A stretch of DNA of 64,000 nucleotides from a virus (IMGVR_UViG_3300002595_000019:19513-83512), one strand, 5' to 3'. Shown: positions 37,597 to 48,906, numbered from the stretch's first letter. Translations and numbers: made by a program. Notes: a model not told the origin generated them from the letters alone.

Positions 37597-40500
37597 TTGA
37601 GCTTATTCGAGAATTTTACAGAAGATTTTTTAGAAGAGGCTGCCATAGAGATCTTACAAGAATTAGGTTATGAGTATGTATTTGCACCTGACATCTCATG
37701 TGATGGAGAATATCCTGAAAGAAAAGATTATCGGGAAGTATTTTTGGAACAAAGAGTAAAGGATGCTTTATTCAGAATTAACAGAGACTTACCAGCTGAA
37801 GCTTTAGAGGATGCCTATCGGCAGATTATTACTTTTAACAGTCCTATGCTAGAAGAAAACAACCGATACTTTCACAAACTATTGGTAGAAGGAATCGAAG
37901 TATCTTATAAGGAAAAGGACGTCATTAGAACGAAACGGGCTTATATTATTGATTTTGATGATATGGACGGAAAGAAAAGCAATAATGAATTCTTAGTAGT
38001 AAATCAATTTACCATTATTGAAAATGAAGAAAGAAGACCCGACTTAATTTTATTTATCAATGGGATTCCAGTAGTAGTCATTGAGTTGAAGTCAGCCAGC
38101 GATGAAAATGTAGGGATTGAAAATGCCTATAATCAAATCCAAATATACAAAAGAGATATTCCATCTTTATTTAACTATAATGCCTTCTGTATCTTATCTG
38201 ATGGTATTAATGCCAAAGCAGGAACCATTACTTCTAATGAAGAACGATTTATGAATTGGAGAAGTATTGATGGAGAAACTGTTGAACCATTATCCAAGCC
38301 ACAATATGAAGTCTTGTTTTATGGCATGCTTGCAAAGGAACGACTTCTTGATATTATTAAAAATTTTCTTCTATTCCAAGAATCAAAGGAAGAAGAGAAA
38401 GATGCAGATGGCAATAAAATTGGAGATAAGAAAACAATTATTAAAATACTAGCTGCATATCACCAGTATTTTGCTGTAAAAAAAGCTATAGAAAAAACAA
38501 AGGAAGCCACTAGAGAAGATGGAGATAGAAAGATTGGTGTTATCTGGCATACCCAAGGTTCTGGAAAAAGCTTTTCTATGGTTTTCTATACAGCAGGACT
38601 AGTGCGGGAGTTAAACAATCCGACTATTGTGGTGATTACGGATAGAAATGACTTGGATGACCAATTATTTAGTACTTTTGCAAAATCTCAGGATATATTA
38701 AGGCAGACACCCAAACAGGCTGATGTTAGAAAGTTAACCGATGAACAAAAGAAACAACAAGCTAAGGAAAATTCAAAGGAAATCAATGGACTGTTTGATT
38801 TGCTGAATGATCGAGAGTCAGGTGGTATTATATTTACTACCATTCAAAAATTCAAACCAGAAGAAGGAGAAATGCCAGCTCTTACAAAGCGGAAAAATGT
38901 TATTATCATCGCTGATGAAGCCCATAGAAGTCAATATGGACTTGATGCAAAAACGGATGTGAAAACAGGGGAAGTAAAATATGGCTATGCAAAATATTTA
39001 AGAGATGCTCTTCCAAATGCCTCTTTTATCGGTTTTACAGGCACCCCCATTGACTTAGAAGATCGTTCTACAACTGCTGTGTTTGGGCATTGTATAGATA
39101 CCTATGATATGACACGAGCAGTGGAAGATGAAGCTACTGTAAAAATCTATTATGAAAATAGGATCATTAAACTAGAAACTGATGAAGAAGAATTGATTAA
39201 AATTGATGAGGAATTTGAAGAAGTTACAGAGGGTCAAGAGGATTTTGAACGAGAGAAGAACAAAACCAAATGGTCAAGGTTAGAAGCCATTGTCGGTTCT
39301 CCAAATAGAGTGAAAAAGCTTGCTGAAGATATTGTAAATCACTATGAAGAGAAGTCTAAGACCATAGATGGTAAAGCCATGATTGTTTGCATGAGTCGAA
39401 GAATTTGTGTAGACCTTTATGATGAGATTATTAAACTAAGACCTGACTGGCATGATGATGATGTAAATAAAGGAAAGATCAAGGTAGTCATGACTGGAAG
39501 TGCCTCAGATAATGAAAGATTACAAAAGCATGTTGGTGGAAAGCAACGAAGAGATACATTGGCGAAAAGAATGAAAGATAATGCTGATGAATTAAAAATC
39601 GTTATTGTTCGTGATATGTGGCTTACTGGTTTTGATGTGCCTTCTATGCATACCATGTATATTGATAAGCCTATGAAAGGTCATAATCTTATGCAGGCGA
39701 TTGCGAGAGTAAATAGGGTATTCAAAGATAAATCAGGCGGTGTAGTAGTTGATTATCTAGGAATTTTAGAAAGTTTAAAGAATGCACTAAAAGAATACAC
39801 AGATGGAGATAAGAAAAATACAGGAATTGATACTTCTGTTGCCATTTCCATTATGCTTGAAAAACTTGAAATACTACAAGGAATGATGCATGGATTTGAT
39901 TACTCCAAATATATGGGAACATCGCAAAAAGAAAGAATTAGAGCAATTACAGGCGGCATGGACTTTATTCTTGGAAAGCCAGAAGAAGACCAAAAGGAAT
40001 TCAAAAAAATATCTGTAGAATTGGCAAAGGCTCACTCCTTATGTGCAGCTACTGAGGATGGGAAAGCAAAGGCATTGGAAGTTAGCTACTTCAAAGCAGT
40101 AAAGGCAAGTTTAGCAAAGTTAAAAGAAAAAGATGCGGTTAAAAAGTCTAAGAAAGAAATAGAAGCAAGAGTAAATCAGATGTTGGAGCGTTCTATTATT
40201 TCAGAAGATGTCATTGATGTTTTTGATGCAATGGGACTAAAAAGACCAGATGTTTCTATTTTGTCAGAGGAATTTTTAGATGAAGTAAGAGAAATGAAAC
40301 ATAAAAACTTAGCAGTAGAAATGCTTAAGAAGTTATTAGAGGGCAATATTAAATCAATGGAAAAAAGAAATTTAGTAAAATCTGAAAGATTTTCTGAGAA
40401 GTTGAAAAAAGCCTTAAATAAATATAGAAACCAAGCCATTACCAATGCAGAGGTTATAGAAGAACTAATCAGGATGGCTCACGAAATGAAAAAAGCAAGG

Positions 40501-40860
40501 GAAGAGGAGAAGGATTTAGGGTTAAATGAAGATGAGATTGCTTTCTATGACGCATTAACAGCCGATGAGGTTGTGAAAGAGTTTATGGAGGATGAGACCT
40601 TAAAAAAGATTGCTCAAGAATTAACTTTTGCTATTAAAAATAACATTACCATTGACTGGAGTGTAAGAAAAAGTGCTCAAGCAGGCATGAGAAGGATCAT
40701 AAAAAGACTTCTTAAAAAATATGATTATCCACCAGAACAGGCAAAAAATGCACTTAAAGTTGTTATGAGACAGGCAGAAAAGATGTGTGGCAATGTTAAC
40801 GTAGAAGACATCCAGTATGATAAAGTAGCGGAAGAAAAGCAAGATTACATTTTGAGATAG
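37597..40860 (+). CDS. hsdR: Type I R-M restriction subunit
   Basis: [36 protein letters not shown]. Confidence 0.95.
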   Translation: MSLFENFTEDFLEEAAIEILQELGYEYVFAPDISCDGEYPERKDYREVFLEQRVKDALFRINRDLPAEALEDAYRQIITFNSPMLEENNRYFHKLLVEGIEVSYKEKDVIRTKRAYIIDFDDMDGKKSNNEFLVVNQFTIIENEERRPDLILFINGIPVVVIELKSASDENVGIENAYNQIQIYKRDIPSLFNYNAFCILSDGINAKAGTITSNEERFMNWRSIDGETVEPLSKPQYEVLFYGMLAKERLLDIIKNFLLFQESKEEEKDADGNKIGDKKTIIKILAAYHQYFAVKKAIEKTKEATREDGDRKIGVIWHTQGSGKSFSMVFYTAGLVRELNNPTIVVITDRNDLDDQLFSTFAKSQDILRQTPKQADVRKLTDEQKKQQAKENSKEINGLFDLLNDRESGGIIFTTIQKFKPEEGEMPALTKRKNVIIIADEAHRSQYGLDAKTDVKTGEVKYGYAKYLRDALPNASFIGFTGTPIDLEDRSTTAVFGHCIDTYDMTRAVEDEATVKIYYENRIIKLETDEEELIKIDEEFEEVTEGQEDFEREKNKTKWSRLEAIVGSPNRVKKLAEDIVNHYEEKSKTIDGKAMIVCMSRRICVDLYDEIIKLRPDWHDDDVNKGKIKVVMTGSASDNERLQKHVGGKQRRDTLAKRMKDNADELKIVIVRDMWLTGFDVPSMHTMYIDKPMKGHNLMQAIARVNRVFKDKSGGVVVDYLGILESLKNALKEYTDGDKKNTGIDTSVAISIMLEKLEILQGMMHGFDYSKYMGTSQKERIRAITGGMDFILGKPEEDQKEFKKISVELAKAHSLCAATEDGKAKALEVSYFKAVKASLAKLKEKDAVKKSKKEIEARVNQMLERSIISEDVIDVFDAMGLKRPDVSILSEEFLDEVREMKHKNLAVEMLKKLLEGNIKSMEKRNLVKSERFSEKLKKALNKYRNQAITNAEVIEELIRMAHEMKKAREEEKDLGLNEDEIAFYDALTADEVVKEFMEDETLKKIAQELTFAIKNNITIDWSVRKSAQAGMRRIIKRLLKKYDYPPEQAKNALKVVMRQAEKMCGNVNVEDIQYDKVAEEKQDYILR

Positions 40861-40872
40861 GAGGATTAAGAA

Positions 40873-41118
40873 ATGTCTGAAAAGAAAATAGATATTACTC
40901 AGAAATATAATCGTGAAATATTGGAGATCAAAAATAAACTTAATCAGCTGGAACAAGGAAGGATCTATGAGTTGTCTAGAGCACAGATGGATGGTTATCT
41001 CGCTACTAATATTGGTCAATTAAAAAGGATGATAGCAGAACTAATATATAAAGTGGAGTATGGAGAGGAATCGATCGAAGAAAATTTGCGTGATATTTTT
41101 GACAAAAAATCAATATAG
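40873..41118 (+). CDS. Hypothetical protein
   Basis: SD GGAGG, 81 aa, operon position. Confidence 0.65.
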   Translation: MSEKKIDITQKYNREILEIKNKLNQLEQGRIYELSRAQMDGYLATNIGQLKRMIAELIYKVEYGEESIEENLRDIFDKKSI

Positions 41119-41166
41119 AATGACTTGTTATTATGAGTGATAATAAGTAGATTGGAGAGATAAAGT

Positions 41167-41391
41167 ATGGCAGATATAAAATATGAAATAAATGAAAAAT
41201 TAGGAGTTCTTTCTGAATCTTCAAAAGGCTGGACAAAAGAATTAAATTTGATTAGCTGGAATGGTAGAGAAGCTAAATATGATATAAGGGATTGGGCTCC
41301 TGAATACGAAAAAATGGGTAAGGGTGTTACATTATCTAAAGAAGAGTTAAAAGAATTAAGAAATATTTTAAATGATATAAATCTCGATTAA
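41167..41391 (+). CDS. YdbC/PC4-like ssDNA-binding protein
   Basis: GWTKELNLISWNG...KYDIRDW....EKMGKGVTLS. Confidence 0.85.
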   Translation: MADIKYEINEKLGVLSESSKGWTKELNLISWNGREAKYDIRDWAPEYEKMGKGVTLSKEELKELRNILNDINLD

Positions 41392-41412
41392 AATGCAGGG
41401 GTGGGGGAATTG

Positions 41413-42123
41413 ATGGATTATCAAGAGCTGGTTAAGCGAATAAAAGAGGAGTTTCCTGATAAGGCAATCGATATAATGGAAAGCTTAGAGCTTTTAAGAG
41501 TTGTAATTAATGATACTGTTGAAGCAGTCGGCACAAAAATAAATACATCTTTCTCGCAAAAGCAGTATGATAAGATACCATATTATTCAAGTATGGCTGA
41601 AGATATCGGAGTTTGTGAGAAAAAAATAGAAGAAATGATATCGATGATTGATGTTGACGATCTTATCGTAGAGGAAGAAACAGATGAAGAGGCAGAAGTA
41701 AAAATCATTCCTAATTATTCAGAATATATTGTAGACCATAATAGTGAACATACTTTATATGAGAATTTTACTCATAAAAGACCCTATGGGTTTAAGCTAA
41801 ATGATCAACATATTGTAGAAGTAAAAACATGGCAAGATATGCTTATTAAAACCTGTGAATACCTATTAACAATTGATGAAAAGAAGTTTATGGGTTTTGA
41901 AAATAAGAAAACAATGAACGGAAAAAAGAATAAGTACTTTTCAACAAATCCTGATGATATGAGAAAGCCAAGAAAAGTTGCCGATAAAATATATGTGGAA
42001 ATAAATCAAAGCGGTAATGCAATAAGAAATCTTATTATGAAATTATTAAAAGAATACAATTTTAGTATTGGTGAATTTAAAGTTTATTTCAGAGCTGATT
42101 ATACCAGTTTGAATAACAAGTAA
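41413..42123 (+). CDS. Hypothetical protein (acidic helical N-terminus, R-M-associated-type C-terminal domain)
   Basis: ORF with SD; start 41401-41413 uncertain. Confidence 0.65.
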   Translation: MDYQELVKRIKEEFPDKAIDIMESLELLRVVINDTVEAVGTKINTSFSQKQYDKIPYYSSMAEDIGVCEKKIEEMISMIDVDDLIVEEETDEEAEVKIIPNYSEYIVDHNSEHTLYENFTHKRPYGFKLNDQHIVEVKTWQDMLIKTCEYLLTIDEKKFMGFENKKTMNGKKNKYFSTNPDDMRKPRKVADKIYVEINQSGNAIRNLIMKLLKEYNFSIGEFKVYFRADYTSLNNK

Positions 42124-42207
42124 CAAAAGCCGAAGCATAGCTTTCGTCTCCTTTATTATGAAGTACAATACAATTTTTACCTTAAGGTTGGTAGAAAGGG
42201 GGATGAC

Positions 42208-45200
42208 ATGACTACTAAAAAACGTCAATATCATATCTGGCAGTACAAGCTTGAGCAACTGAATGAAGTTGATGGAAAGTTGATGCTGGATTTTGATAAA
42301 AACGATGCAGTGAATACCAGTGAAACGCTGATGTTTTACATATTAAATGAGAAAATAATAGGTCGTAAATATGACGGCACCGTTGAATATAAAACAGATG
42401 AGAATGGTAATGAGGTAAAGGTAAAGAAGAATTTCATTCCTATCATTACATTAGAAACAGGTAGGAGCAGGGATAAGGAACAGACTGCTAAACTGAATAA
42501 ATTGCTTAATGAAGGCTTTTATGTAGCAGAGCCAAAGGGACATTTTGTTTTTATTGATAATGTGCTTTCAGGTTCACAAAATAAAGAATGTAGACAGATG
42601 TTTGTCTTGGAGAAATATCTTGAATCATTGAAAGAGTATGTTTCTATTGGTATCGAGCCACAAAAATGTACCATATCAAAAAATCTTACACGAAATGCTT
42701 TGACCACAACAGATGTCTATTTAATTCCCGTAGATATGAAGAAGCTTGGTATTTGCATTGTTCCTGACTGCGAAGTACCTGTATTTGAAGATGTAAATAT
42801 CATTAAACCTTATGCTCGGACTCTAGATGAAGAAAAACAGTACGGGGAACTAATGGCTTGGATTGAAGCTGATAAGGAGTATTATAAAAAAGTCAAAGCT
42901 GGATCTGAATTAGTAAATGCCGATGACTGTACCATTGAAAAGCAGGACAAGAAGAATCGGAAGAAATCATCATATAAAACCGTTAATCAATGGAAAGAAG
43001 CAGGTCGAAAGGTAAAGGAAGAAGAACTAGAGAATCCAAAAGCAAGAATATATGTTGATACGAAGGCAAAGTATTATGCATTATATATAGAAGAGCAGAC
43101 TGATGAAATAGGTGAAGATGAAACAAAGGAGATTCCTATTACTGAATGGTCAACGGGACTTCAGGTAGTAACAGATAAGAATCATAAATGTATGGAAAAT
43201 GTATTTGATGGTATGGGTATAGTATCAAAAGAGCTAGGGGAGAAGTTTGAGAAGTTCTTAAAAACAGACTACCCTATTACAGGATATCAACTTCGTTTAC
43301 CTGCTATTAAGGGATTTTTCCCTGTTGTAGACTTTAAGGCATATTATAAAAAGCATAACATTGAGTACATCTATGATATATGGGGACAAGCTCACAAAGT
43401 AGATGATATTGATATTCTTACTACTGAATCGACTTTTAAAGCCAAACTGAATGTTACAGGACTAAAAGAAGATGGCTCCGAGAAGAAAGAATGGTTATTT
43501 CAGAGCATTAAGGAATACAAAGACTTGCTTATTAAATACGGATACGATGTTATTGGCGTTGCTAACTTTGCAAAGCCTGTGGAAGAAGAATTCAGAAGGG
43601 CAACATACCAGTTGTGGTTGGCTCTTAATATAAATAGATTGGATTTGCTTGCTTTATCTAATGTTCAAGGGGATGTTATACATAAGGTATTGAGCATTTA
43701 CCGTAAGGATGAGATAGACTGGCAGGATATTAAATATATTGAAACCTTCTTAAATCTTATACAAAAAGAAAATGCCGATACCAATCTTGCAAAAGAATGT
43801 GCTGATGCTATTAAAGCAATTCATATTAATAAGAAAATGGTCTTTGACCGTAAAGTAATTCAGACCATTAAAGATGTCATTAATAAAAAGCTTGATGATA
43901 TGTGCATGGGCAGATTCTATGTTAAGGGTAAATACCTTTATGTCACACAGGATGTACTTGCATTTTTAAGATATGCTGGTGCTGAAAATAAAGAGCAGTG
44001 GGAGTATTCAGGCTTCCTTGACAAGAAACAATTTTATTGTGGGGGAAAAATCGCAGGCAGAAGTTTACTGGCGAGAAATCCAATTATGAGCTACTCTGAA
44101 ATTGCAAAAGTGGAGTTTGTAGACTATCAAGGCGAGGACTCAGAGTTTATAAATCACCTAGATAATATCATTCAGATGCCACTAGGTACTGAACCTGATA
44201 GGCTAGGGGGCTGCGACAGAGATGGGGACGAATTATTCGTACTTTCCACTGATTATAATCTAAAGGATACCAAAATTGAATACTTACAGAATTATAACTA
44301 TGTAGTTAAAAGAGAAGAAAGTGAAAACTTCGGGAAAAATATGCTAGAAATTATCAATCAAAGCCTGCAAGAGCATTTTAATACCAGATTCCATGATAAA
44401 GATATTGTGACTATTGAAGATTATGTTGTTTCATCATTGGTACAGGTGAATGATGAAGATAAAGCCACTGCACCTAGTAAAGAATGGAATAAAGAAAATG
44501 TAATCCAATTTATTCTTGACTCCGAGGATAAGACTGGTGCAATAACAGATATCAACACTGCAATTGAAAATGTAGCCAATGAAGCAGGGGATTTATCAAA
44601 ATATGCTTTGCCCAATGCGATAATGAAAGATTTACAAGGGAAAATGATAGATGCCAGTAAATCTGGACTTTTCGATCAAGTAGTGGTACCAGAAGTAATC
44701 AAGTTGAAGTTCCGTAAAAAGCCACAGTTTATGTTCTATAAAGATGGTAATGAGTTTAATAAAGATTATTCCACGAAATCTGCATTGGATTTTTTTGCTG
44801 ATAGGATTCAGCAGTTCAAAGAATATGTTAATAGAGTGATGAGGGAAGATACCAATCGAAAAATCAAGGCTCAGCGGTTTGAAAATATCTACAACTATTT
44901 AATGAACCCCGAATTAGATGGGGAAGTAGTGCAGAAAGTTATTGAAGATTTAGATGATGTATATTCCCACTTTATACAGGAAAACAGGACATTGGCTATA
45001 TTGAAATCAAGAATCAATCCATATTCCAGTGATGATAAATATAAACGAGAGAGAGCTATTGTAGACCAGAAGTTCAAAGATCTATATGAAAAGACACGAA
45101 TGGATGCAGAAAAAATATGCGGTTGTCCGTCATTATTGGCAACGGCTTCTGTTCGTATGACTTATATAAATACAAAGTATAATAATCAAAATGATAACTA

Positions 45201-45708
45201 TTCTTTCTGTTGGATTGTTGCTCCCGAAGGCATTCTTCACAATATTAAAATGCATGAAGACAATGAAAAAATCTATGTAGTAAAGGCTGATTCCAAAGAA
45301 GAGGATGTCTTTGAATGGCTGGGGGAATATTACAAGACACAGGTTTTCGATGGAGAGTATCCATTAAATTTTGATGAAGAAAAGGATATGAGTATTCCTG
45401 AAGAATATATAAGAAAAGAGAAGGAAGAACTTCCTGATATTGAAGATTTAAAAATTACAATTATGGGTGTTGAAAAAGGGAAGGCAGAAGAAGTTGCAGA
45501 TGAAATGCTTGGAAAGAGCTATAAGCTATTTGTAAATGAACGTAACTGGCTCGGGATTGATGGAAATATGAGCATAAAGGAAAGGGAAACACTGTCTTCA
45601 GGAATTGATCTAAGGAAGTACATTGATCATGATGTTATGATAAAAGAAATTATTACAGCTAAGAATACACAAACTGTAATAATTGCAAAGGTTGATATTA
45701 AAGGGTAA
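42208..45708 (+). CDS. Single-subunit two-barrel RNA polymerase (YonO / cellular RdRP-like)
   Basis: FDGMGIVS (~aa 333), YQLRLPAIKG (~360), ARNP (~622), LGGCDRDGD (D670-D674; nt 44215-44229), in the same order as cellular RdRP motifs. Confidence 0.82.
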   Translation: MTTKKRQYHIWQYKLEQLNEVDGKLMLDFDKNDAVNTSETLMFYILNEKIIGRKYDGTVEYKTDENGNEVKVKKNFIPIITLETGRSRDKEQTAKLNKLLNEGFYVAEPKGHFVFIDNVLSGSQNKECRQMFVLEKYLESLKEYVSIGIEPQKCTISKNLTRNALTTTDVYLIPVDMKKLGICIVPDCEVPVFEDVNIIKPYARTLDEEKQYGELMAWIEADKEYYKKVKAGSELVNADDCTIEKQDKKNRKKSSYKTVNQWKEAGRKVKEEELENPKARIYVDTKAKYYALYIEEQTDEIGEDETKEIPITEWSTGLQVVTDKNHKCMENVFDGMGIVSKELGEKFEKFLKTDYPITGYQLRLPAIKGFFPVVDFKAYYKKHNIEYIYDIWGQAHKVDDIDILTTESTFKAKLNVTGLKEDGSEKKEWLFQSIKEYKDLLIKYGYDVIGVANFAKPVEEEFRRATYQLWLALNINRLDLLALSNVQGDVIHKVLSIYRKDEIDWQDIKYIETFLNLIQKENADTNLAKECADAIKAIHINKKMVFDRKVIQTIKDVINKKLDDMCMGRFYVKGKYLYVTQDVLAFLRYAGAENKEQWEYSGFLDKKQFYCGGKIAGRSLLARNPIMSYSEIAKVEFVDYQGEDSEFINHLDNIIQMPLGTEPDRLGGCDRDGDELFVLSTDYNLKDTKIEYLQNYNYVVKREESENFGKNMLEIINQSLQEHFNTRFHDKDIVTIEDYVVSSLVQVNDEDKATAPSKEWNKENVIQFILDSEDKTGAITDINTAIENVANEAGDLSKYALPNAIMKDLQGKMIDASKSGLFDQVVVPEVIKLKFRKKPQFMFYKDGNEFNKDYSTKSALDFFADRIQQFKEYVNRVMREDTNRKIKAQRFENIYNYLMNPELDGEVVQKVIEDLDDVYSHFIQENRTLAILKSRINPYSSDDKYKRERAIVDQKFKDLYEKTRMDAEKICGCPSLLATASVRMTYINTKYNNQNDNYSFCWIVAPEGILHNIKMHEDNEKIYVVKADSKEEDVFEWLGEYYKTQVFDGEYPLNFDEEKDMSIPEEYIRKEKEELPDIEDLKITIMGVEKGKAEEVADEMLGKSYKLFVNERNWLGIDGNMSIKERETLSSGIDLRKYIDHDVMIKEIITAKNTQTVIIAKVDIKG

Positions 45709-45715
45709 TCATATC

Positions 45716-45730
45716 GCCAGCGAAGCTGGC
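45716..45730. other. Perfect GAA-triloop hairpin GCCAGC-GAA-GCTGGC, copy 1
   Basis: Identical copy at 48914-48928. Confidence 0.85.
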
Positions 45731-45787
45731 TTAGGGCGGACAATGCCGAGTTAGGGGTTGTCTAAACTATTTAATATCAAGGAGGTC

Positions 45788-45982
45788 ATGAACATTATGA
45801 AAAATGATACAATTGTAATTACGCAGGAAAGAATGGCTGGTTGGCTTATGTTTAATAGATTTCATAAAGTAGATGAGAAACCAGATCTAAAAGACTCAAA
45901 TAGGAAAATTTATATTTTTAAAGATTCTCCCAAACTGCGTGACACGATGGAAAAATATCAACAATTTAAAGCGTTGGTTTAA
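45788..45982 (+). CDS. Small putative DNA-binding protein (DUF5659-like, tentative)
   Basis: SD AAGGAGG; MAGWLM..F....PD......IYIF.DS. Confidence 0.6.
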   Translation: MNIMKNDTIVITQERMAGWLMFNRFHKVDEKPDLKDSNRKIYIFKDSPKLRDTMEKYQQFKALV

Positions 45983-45997
45983 TACAGGAGGATCATA

Positions 45998-48196
45998 ATG
46001 GATGGGGAGCAAAACAAAAAGGTTATAATTGAGGACTTTGAGTATAAACGTGAATATACCAAGAAAACCGATGCACTCGGTAATACCTATATAGATGGTG
46101 ATAATTACAGGTATTGGTCACAAGATATTGCTGTTTCAGTACTGAATCCTGAACAAATTGTTGAGATAAATGAAGATATTGAGGCATTTGCTAAAGAAAC
46201 ACAGGACAAATTCAAAGGTCTATTTGATGCAAGAAACAATAAAATTACTGAAGGACAAATAAAATTCAGCTATGATGCTACAGTGAGTATAATGGGAAAG
46301 ACGAAAAATCCAGATAAAATAACTGTTATTCCTGCAAAAGCTGGCTTTGGGAAATCCAGTTATATATACTCTTTCCTAAGTACCCTTTGCAAACACATTA
46401 ATAGTGGGGCATTTAGCAAATTCTCAAAGCAGGGTGTAATTATTGTTACTGATAAAATAGAAGCATTAAGGCAGCTTGAAAAAGATATTTACAGAGATAA
46501 AGGGTATTATCATCAAGACGGAAAGCACAATACAAAATACACCTATATTCTTGAAGCATGGAACAAGAACTCTTTTAAAGATGGGATATGTAAGAATGCA
46601 GCTATCGATACTTATGAGTATGGTATGTGTAGTCTAATGGAATGCCCTTATTATGATAAATGTAAAATGAGCTATCAGAAAAAACAACAAGTTTACAGTC
46701 CAATCTTACTTATGACAAATGCCCGACTTAAACAGTATCAAGATAGGATTGAAGAATACAGGACTTGGATAGACAGGGATAAGAATAAACAAGCAAGAGA
46801 TATTGTTATTATAGATGAAAAACCAGCTATCATAGACAACTATAGAATTGATACACAGCTGTTTTCTACACTTAAAAAGACAGTTGAAGAAGCAAAGAGT
46901 AGTGGAACTGACATCGTTGCAACAAAAGAGTTTCTACTAAGTGAAATTCATCAGGTCGAAGATGATGTCTTAAAACTGAGGAACGAAATAAGTCAGTATA
47001 GGAATTGTATATGCTGCGGAGAGAAAGAAACAGTTTTTACTACTGATTTTAAAGACCGCTGGCAGAGTATTATTGGATTTAAAAACATTGATTTGTTAAA
47101 TGCTGTAGAAAAAATGTTTACTGTGGGAGCATTGTGGTGTAATGCGGATGTTCCATATTTTAAAACTCTTGGCATAAAGAATTTTAATTACGATGGCTTT
47201 AAAACTTATATTTTTGATGCCACTTCGGAACTTGACCCAGATTATGAGGATGAGCGTTTTCAGTATTTGAATATTGAAGATTATAAGAATTATGAAAACA
47301 TAACTTTCCATATTTATAGAGCAAAAGAAATGAATATGAGCCGAAGTGCTCTGAACTACAAAAAGAATCCTTGGAAGAATACAGCAGTTGCTGAATGGAT
47401 AAATAATAAATTTACGGATAAGACTTATGTGGTAACGTATAAAGATAACGCAAAACTGATATCGCAACACTTAAAGAACTTAGGGACTGTGATATTTATT
47501 GATAAAGATGAAGAAAAGCCTATAATTCCTCATTTTGGTGACACAAAAGGTAGTAATGAATTTAAAGATGCCAAAAACATGGTTCAAATAGGATGGAATA
47601 AAGCACCGTCTGATGAATATCTTGCACAGTGTTTAAGTAGAAATGCAGTATTTGAAAAGTTATTTGAGAAACAGAAGGATAAGTTTGCAAAAACTGCAAA
47701 GGTTCTTGAAAATGAAAATGGATATTTCAAATCATATGATGAAGCTAACATTTATATGTGGCGAAAAATGGCAGTTGAGTTTGAGCAGGAAGTATTCAGA
47801 ACCTGTGTAAGAGATTTTTCTGCCGATAATGCAGTAGATATTTATATTTTTAAGCCTGACGATAAAGTTATTTCTCTCATTTGGCAGAGATTTAAAAAAT
47901 GTAACATAATTAGATATAATAACGTTCCAGAAGAATTTCAGCAAGAAAAAATACTGGGAAGGCATAATGCTGATGGCACTGATAATAAGATACAAGCATT
48001 TATCAAGTGGCTTCGAAGTGAATGGGATGGTAGCAAAATCAGTATAAAGGACATAAAAGCTAAGTTTGAGATAAGTGATAAATATTGGGATAAGCTGAAA
48101 TCTAACCAAGCTGTGAAGGACATAAAGCTAAAACGCAATATTAAAGTAAAAAGAGAAGGTAAAGGTAGCGGTCAAATCTATTATTTGTATATATAA
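45998..48196 (+). CDS. SF2-related helicase / probable replication initiator
   Basis: PAKAGFGKS, IIDEKP, IFDAT, FGDTKGSNEF, EQEVFR.C.R; basic C-terminal domain. Confidence 0.7.
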   Translation: MDGEQNKKVIIEDFEYKREYTKKTDALGNTYIDGDNYRYWSQDIAVSVLNPEQIVEINEDIEAFAKETQDKFKGLFDARNNKITEGQIKFSYDATVSIMGKTKNPDKITVIPAKAGFGKSSYIYSFLSTLCKHINSGAFSKFSKQGVIIVTDKIEALRQLEKDIYRDKGYYHQDGKHNTKYTYILEAWNKNSFKDGICKNAAIDTYEYGMCSLMECPYYDKCKMSYQKKQQVYSPILLMTNARLKQYQDRIEEYRTWIDRDKNKQARDIVIIDEKPAIIDNYRIDTQLFSTLKKTVEEAKSSGTDIVATKEFLLSEIHQVEDDVLKLRNEISQYRNCICCGEKETVFTTDFKDRWQSIIGFKNIDLLNAVEKMFTVGALWCNADVPYFKTLGIKNFNYDGFKTYIFDATSELDPDYEDERFQYLNIEDYKNYENITFHIYRAKEMNMSRSALNYKKNPWKNTAVAEWINNKFTDKTYVVTYKDNAKLISQHLKNLGTVIFIDKDEEKPIIPHFGDTKGSNEFKDAKNMVQIGWNKAPSDEYLAQCLSRNAVFEKLFEKQKDKFAKTAKVLENENGYFKSYDEANIYMWRKMAVEFEQEVFRTCVRDFSADNAVDIYIFKPDDKVISLIWQRFKKCNIIRYNNVPEEFQQEKILGRHNADGTDNKIQAFIKWLRSEWDGSKISIKDIKAKFEISDKYWDKLKSNQAVKDIKLKRNIKVKREGKGSGQIYYLYI

Positions 48197-48209
48197 TCGT
48201 ATGTTAGTT

Positions 48210-48404
48210 TTGGGATACCCCATATTCCTTATATAATTATATAGAGAATAGTAGGGAGCACAAGAACATATTTACAGTTATGATGCAGGTTTGACACTAT
48301 TAATAATAATGTAGTAAATATACTGCTCTGAGGGGGTGTGGGGGTGGTAGAGCGAAAAAACTTTTATGGAGCGTAGCGGAATAAAAGTTTGGTAGCACCC
48401 CCAC
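48210..48404. other. Putative replication origin: AT palindrome and nested inverted repeats
   Basis: TATATAATTATATA (48230-48243); GTGGGGGTG/CACCCCCAC (48338/48396) and AAACTTTTAT/ATAAAAGTTT (48358/48381) around GCGTAGC. Confidence 0.5.
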
Positions 48405-48433
48405 GTAGAATAGTATGGTGGAGTTGATATTAT

Positions 48434-48881
48434 TTGAAGGCAGATATTTCATATTTAAGAGAATTGAGTTTGCAGTTTAGAAATGCAATCATAAAGCATG
48501 GAATAAAGAAGCTCCCGATTTCATTTCATGAGTTTCCTAGGGGGTTCTTGCGGTGATGCGTCACTTCTTTTGGGAAAATATCTTGATGAAATGGGTCTTG
48601 GGCAATTTGATTATGTATGCGGTGAGTTAGGAAGACAAAGTCATGCTTGGCTTGAGAAGGATGGGGTTATTGTTGATATCACTGCTGACCAGTTTGACGA
48701 TGTAACTGCTGAGGTAATTATTGCAGATAATAGCGGTTTTCATAAAAAATTCGAGGAAGATTTCAGGCATTCCTATATTGATAGCTTCGGTAATGGTGAT
48801 TTCGTTGATATTGAACTATTGCCAGCTTATTATAAAATTATTAAATTCTTAGATGATAAATATAAACCGATTTATAAATAA
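48434..48881 (+). pseudogene. Cys-His-Asp (transglutaminase/papain-like) hypothetical gene split by an extra G in a G5 run
   Basis: TTG 48434 reads MKADIS..FHEFPRG then stops; the track ORF frame continues GSCGDASLLL..SHAWLE..DITADQF; G run at 48540-48544. Confidence 0.6.
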
Positions 48882-48906
48882 TGTAATTTTATTGTCCGTA
48901 AGAGGG

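Noticed and set aside
42125-42142. Third GAA hairpin upstream of the RNAP gene (AAAGC-CGAAGCATA-GCTTT)
   Set aside because: Stem next to the triloop is mismatched; too weak to group with the two perfect copies
42208-45708. True RNA-dependent RNA polymerase / RNAi role
   Set aside because: DNA-element context and the YonO precedent favour DNA-dependent transcription; not formally excluded
48291-48325. Sigma-A promoter at TTGACA 48291
   Set aside because: No convincing -10 at 16-18 bp spacing
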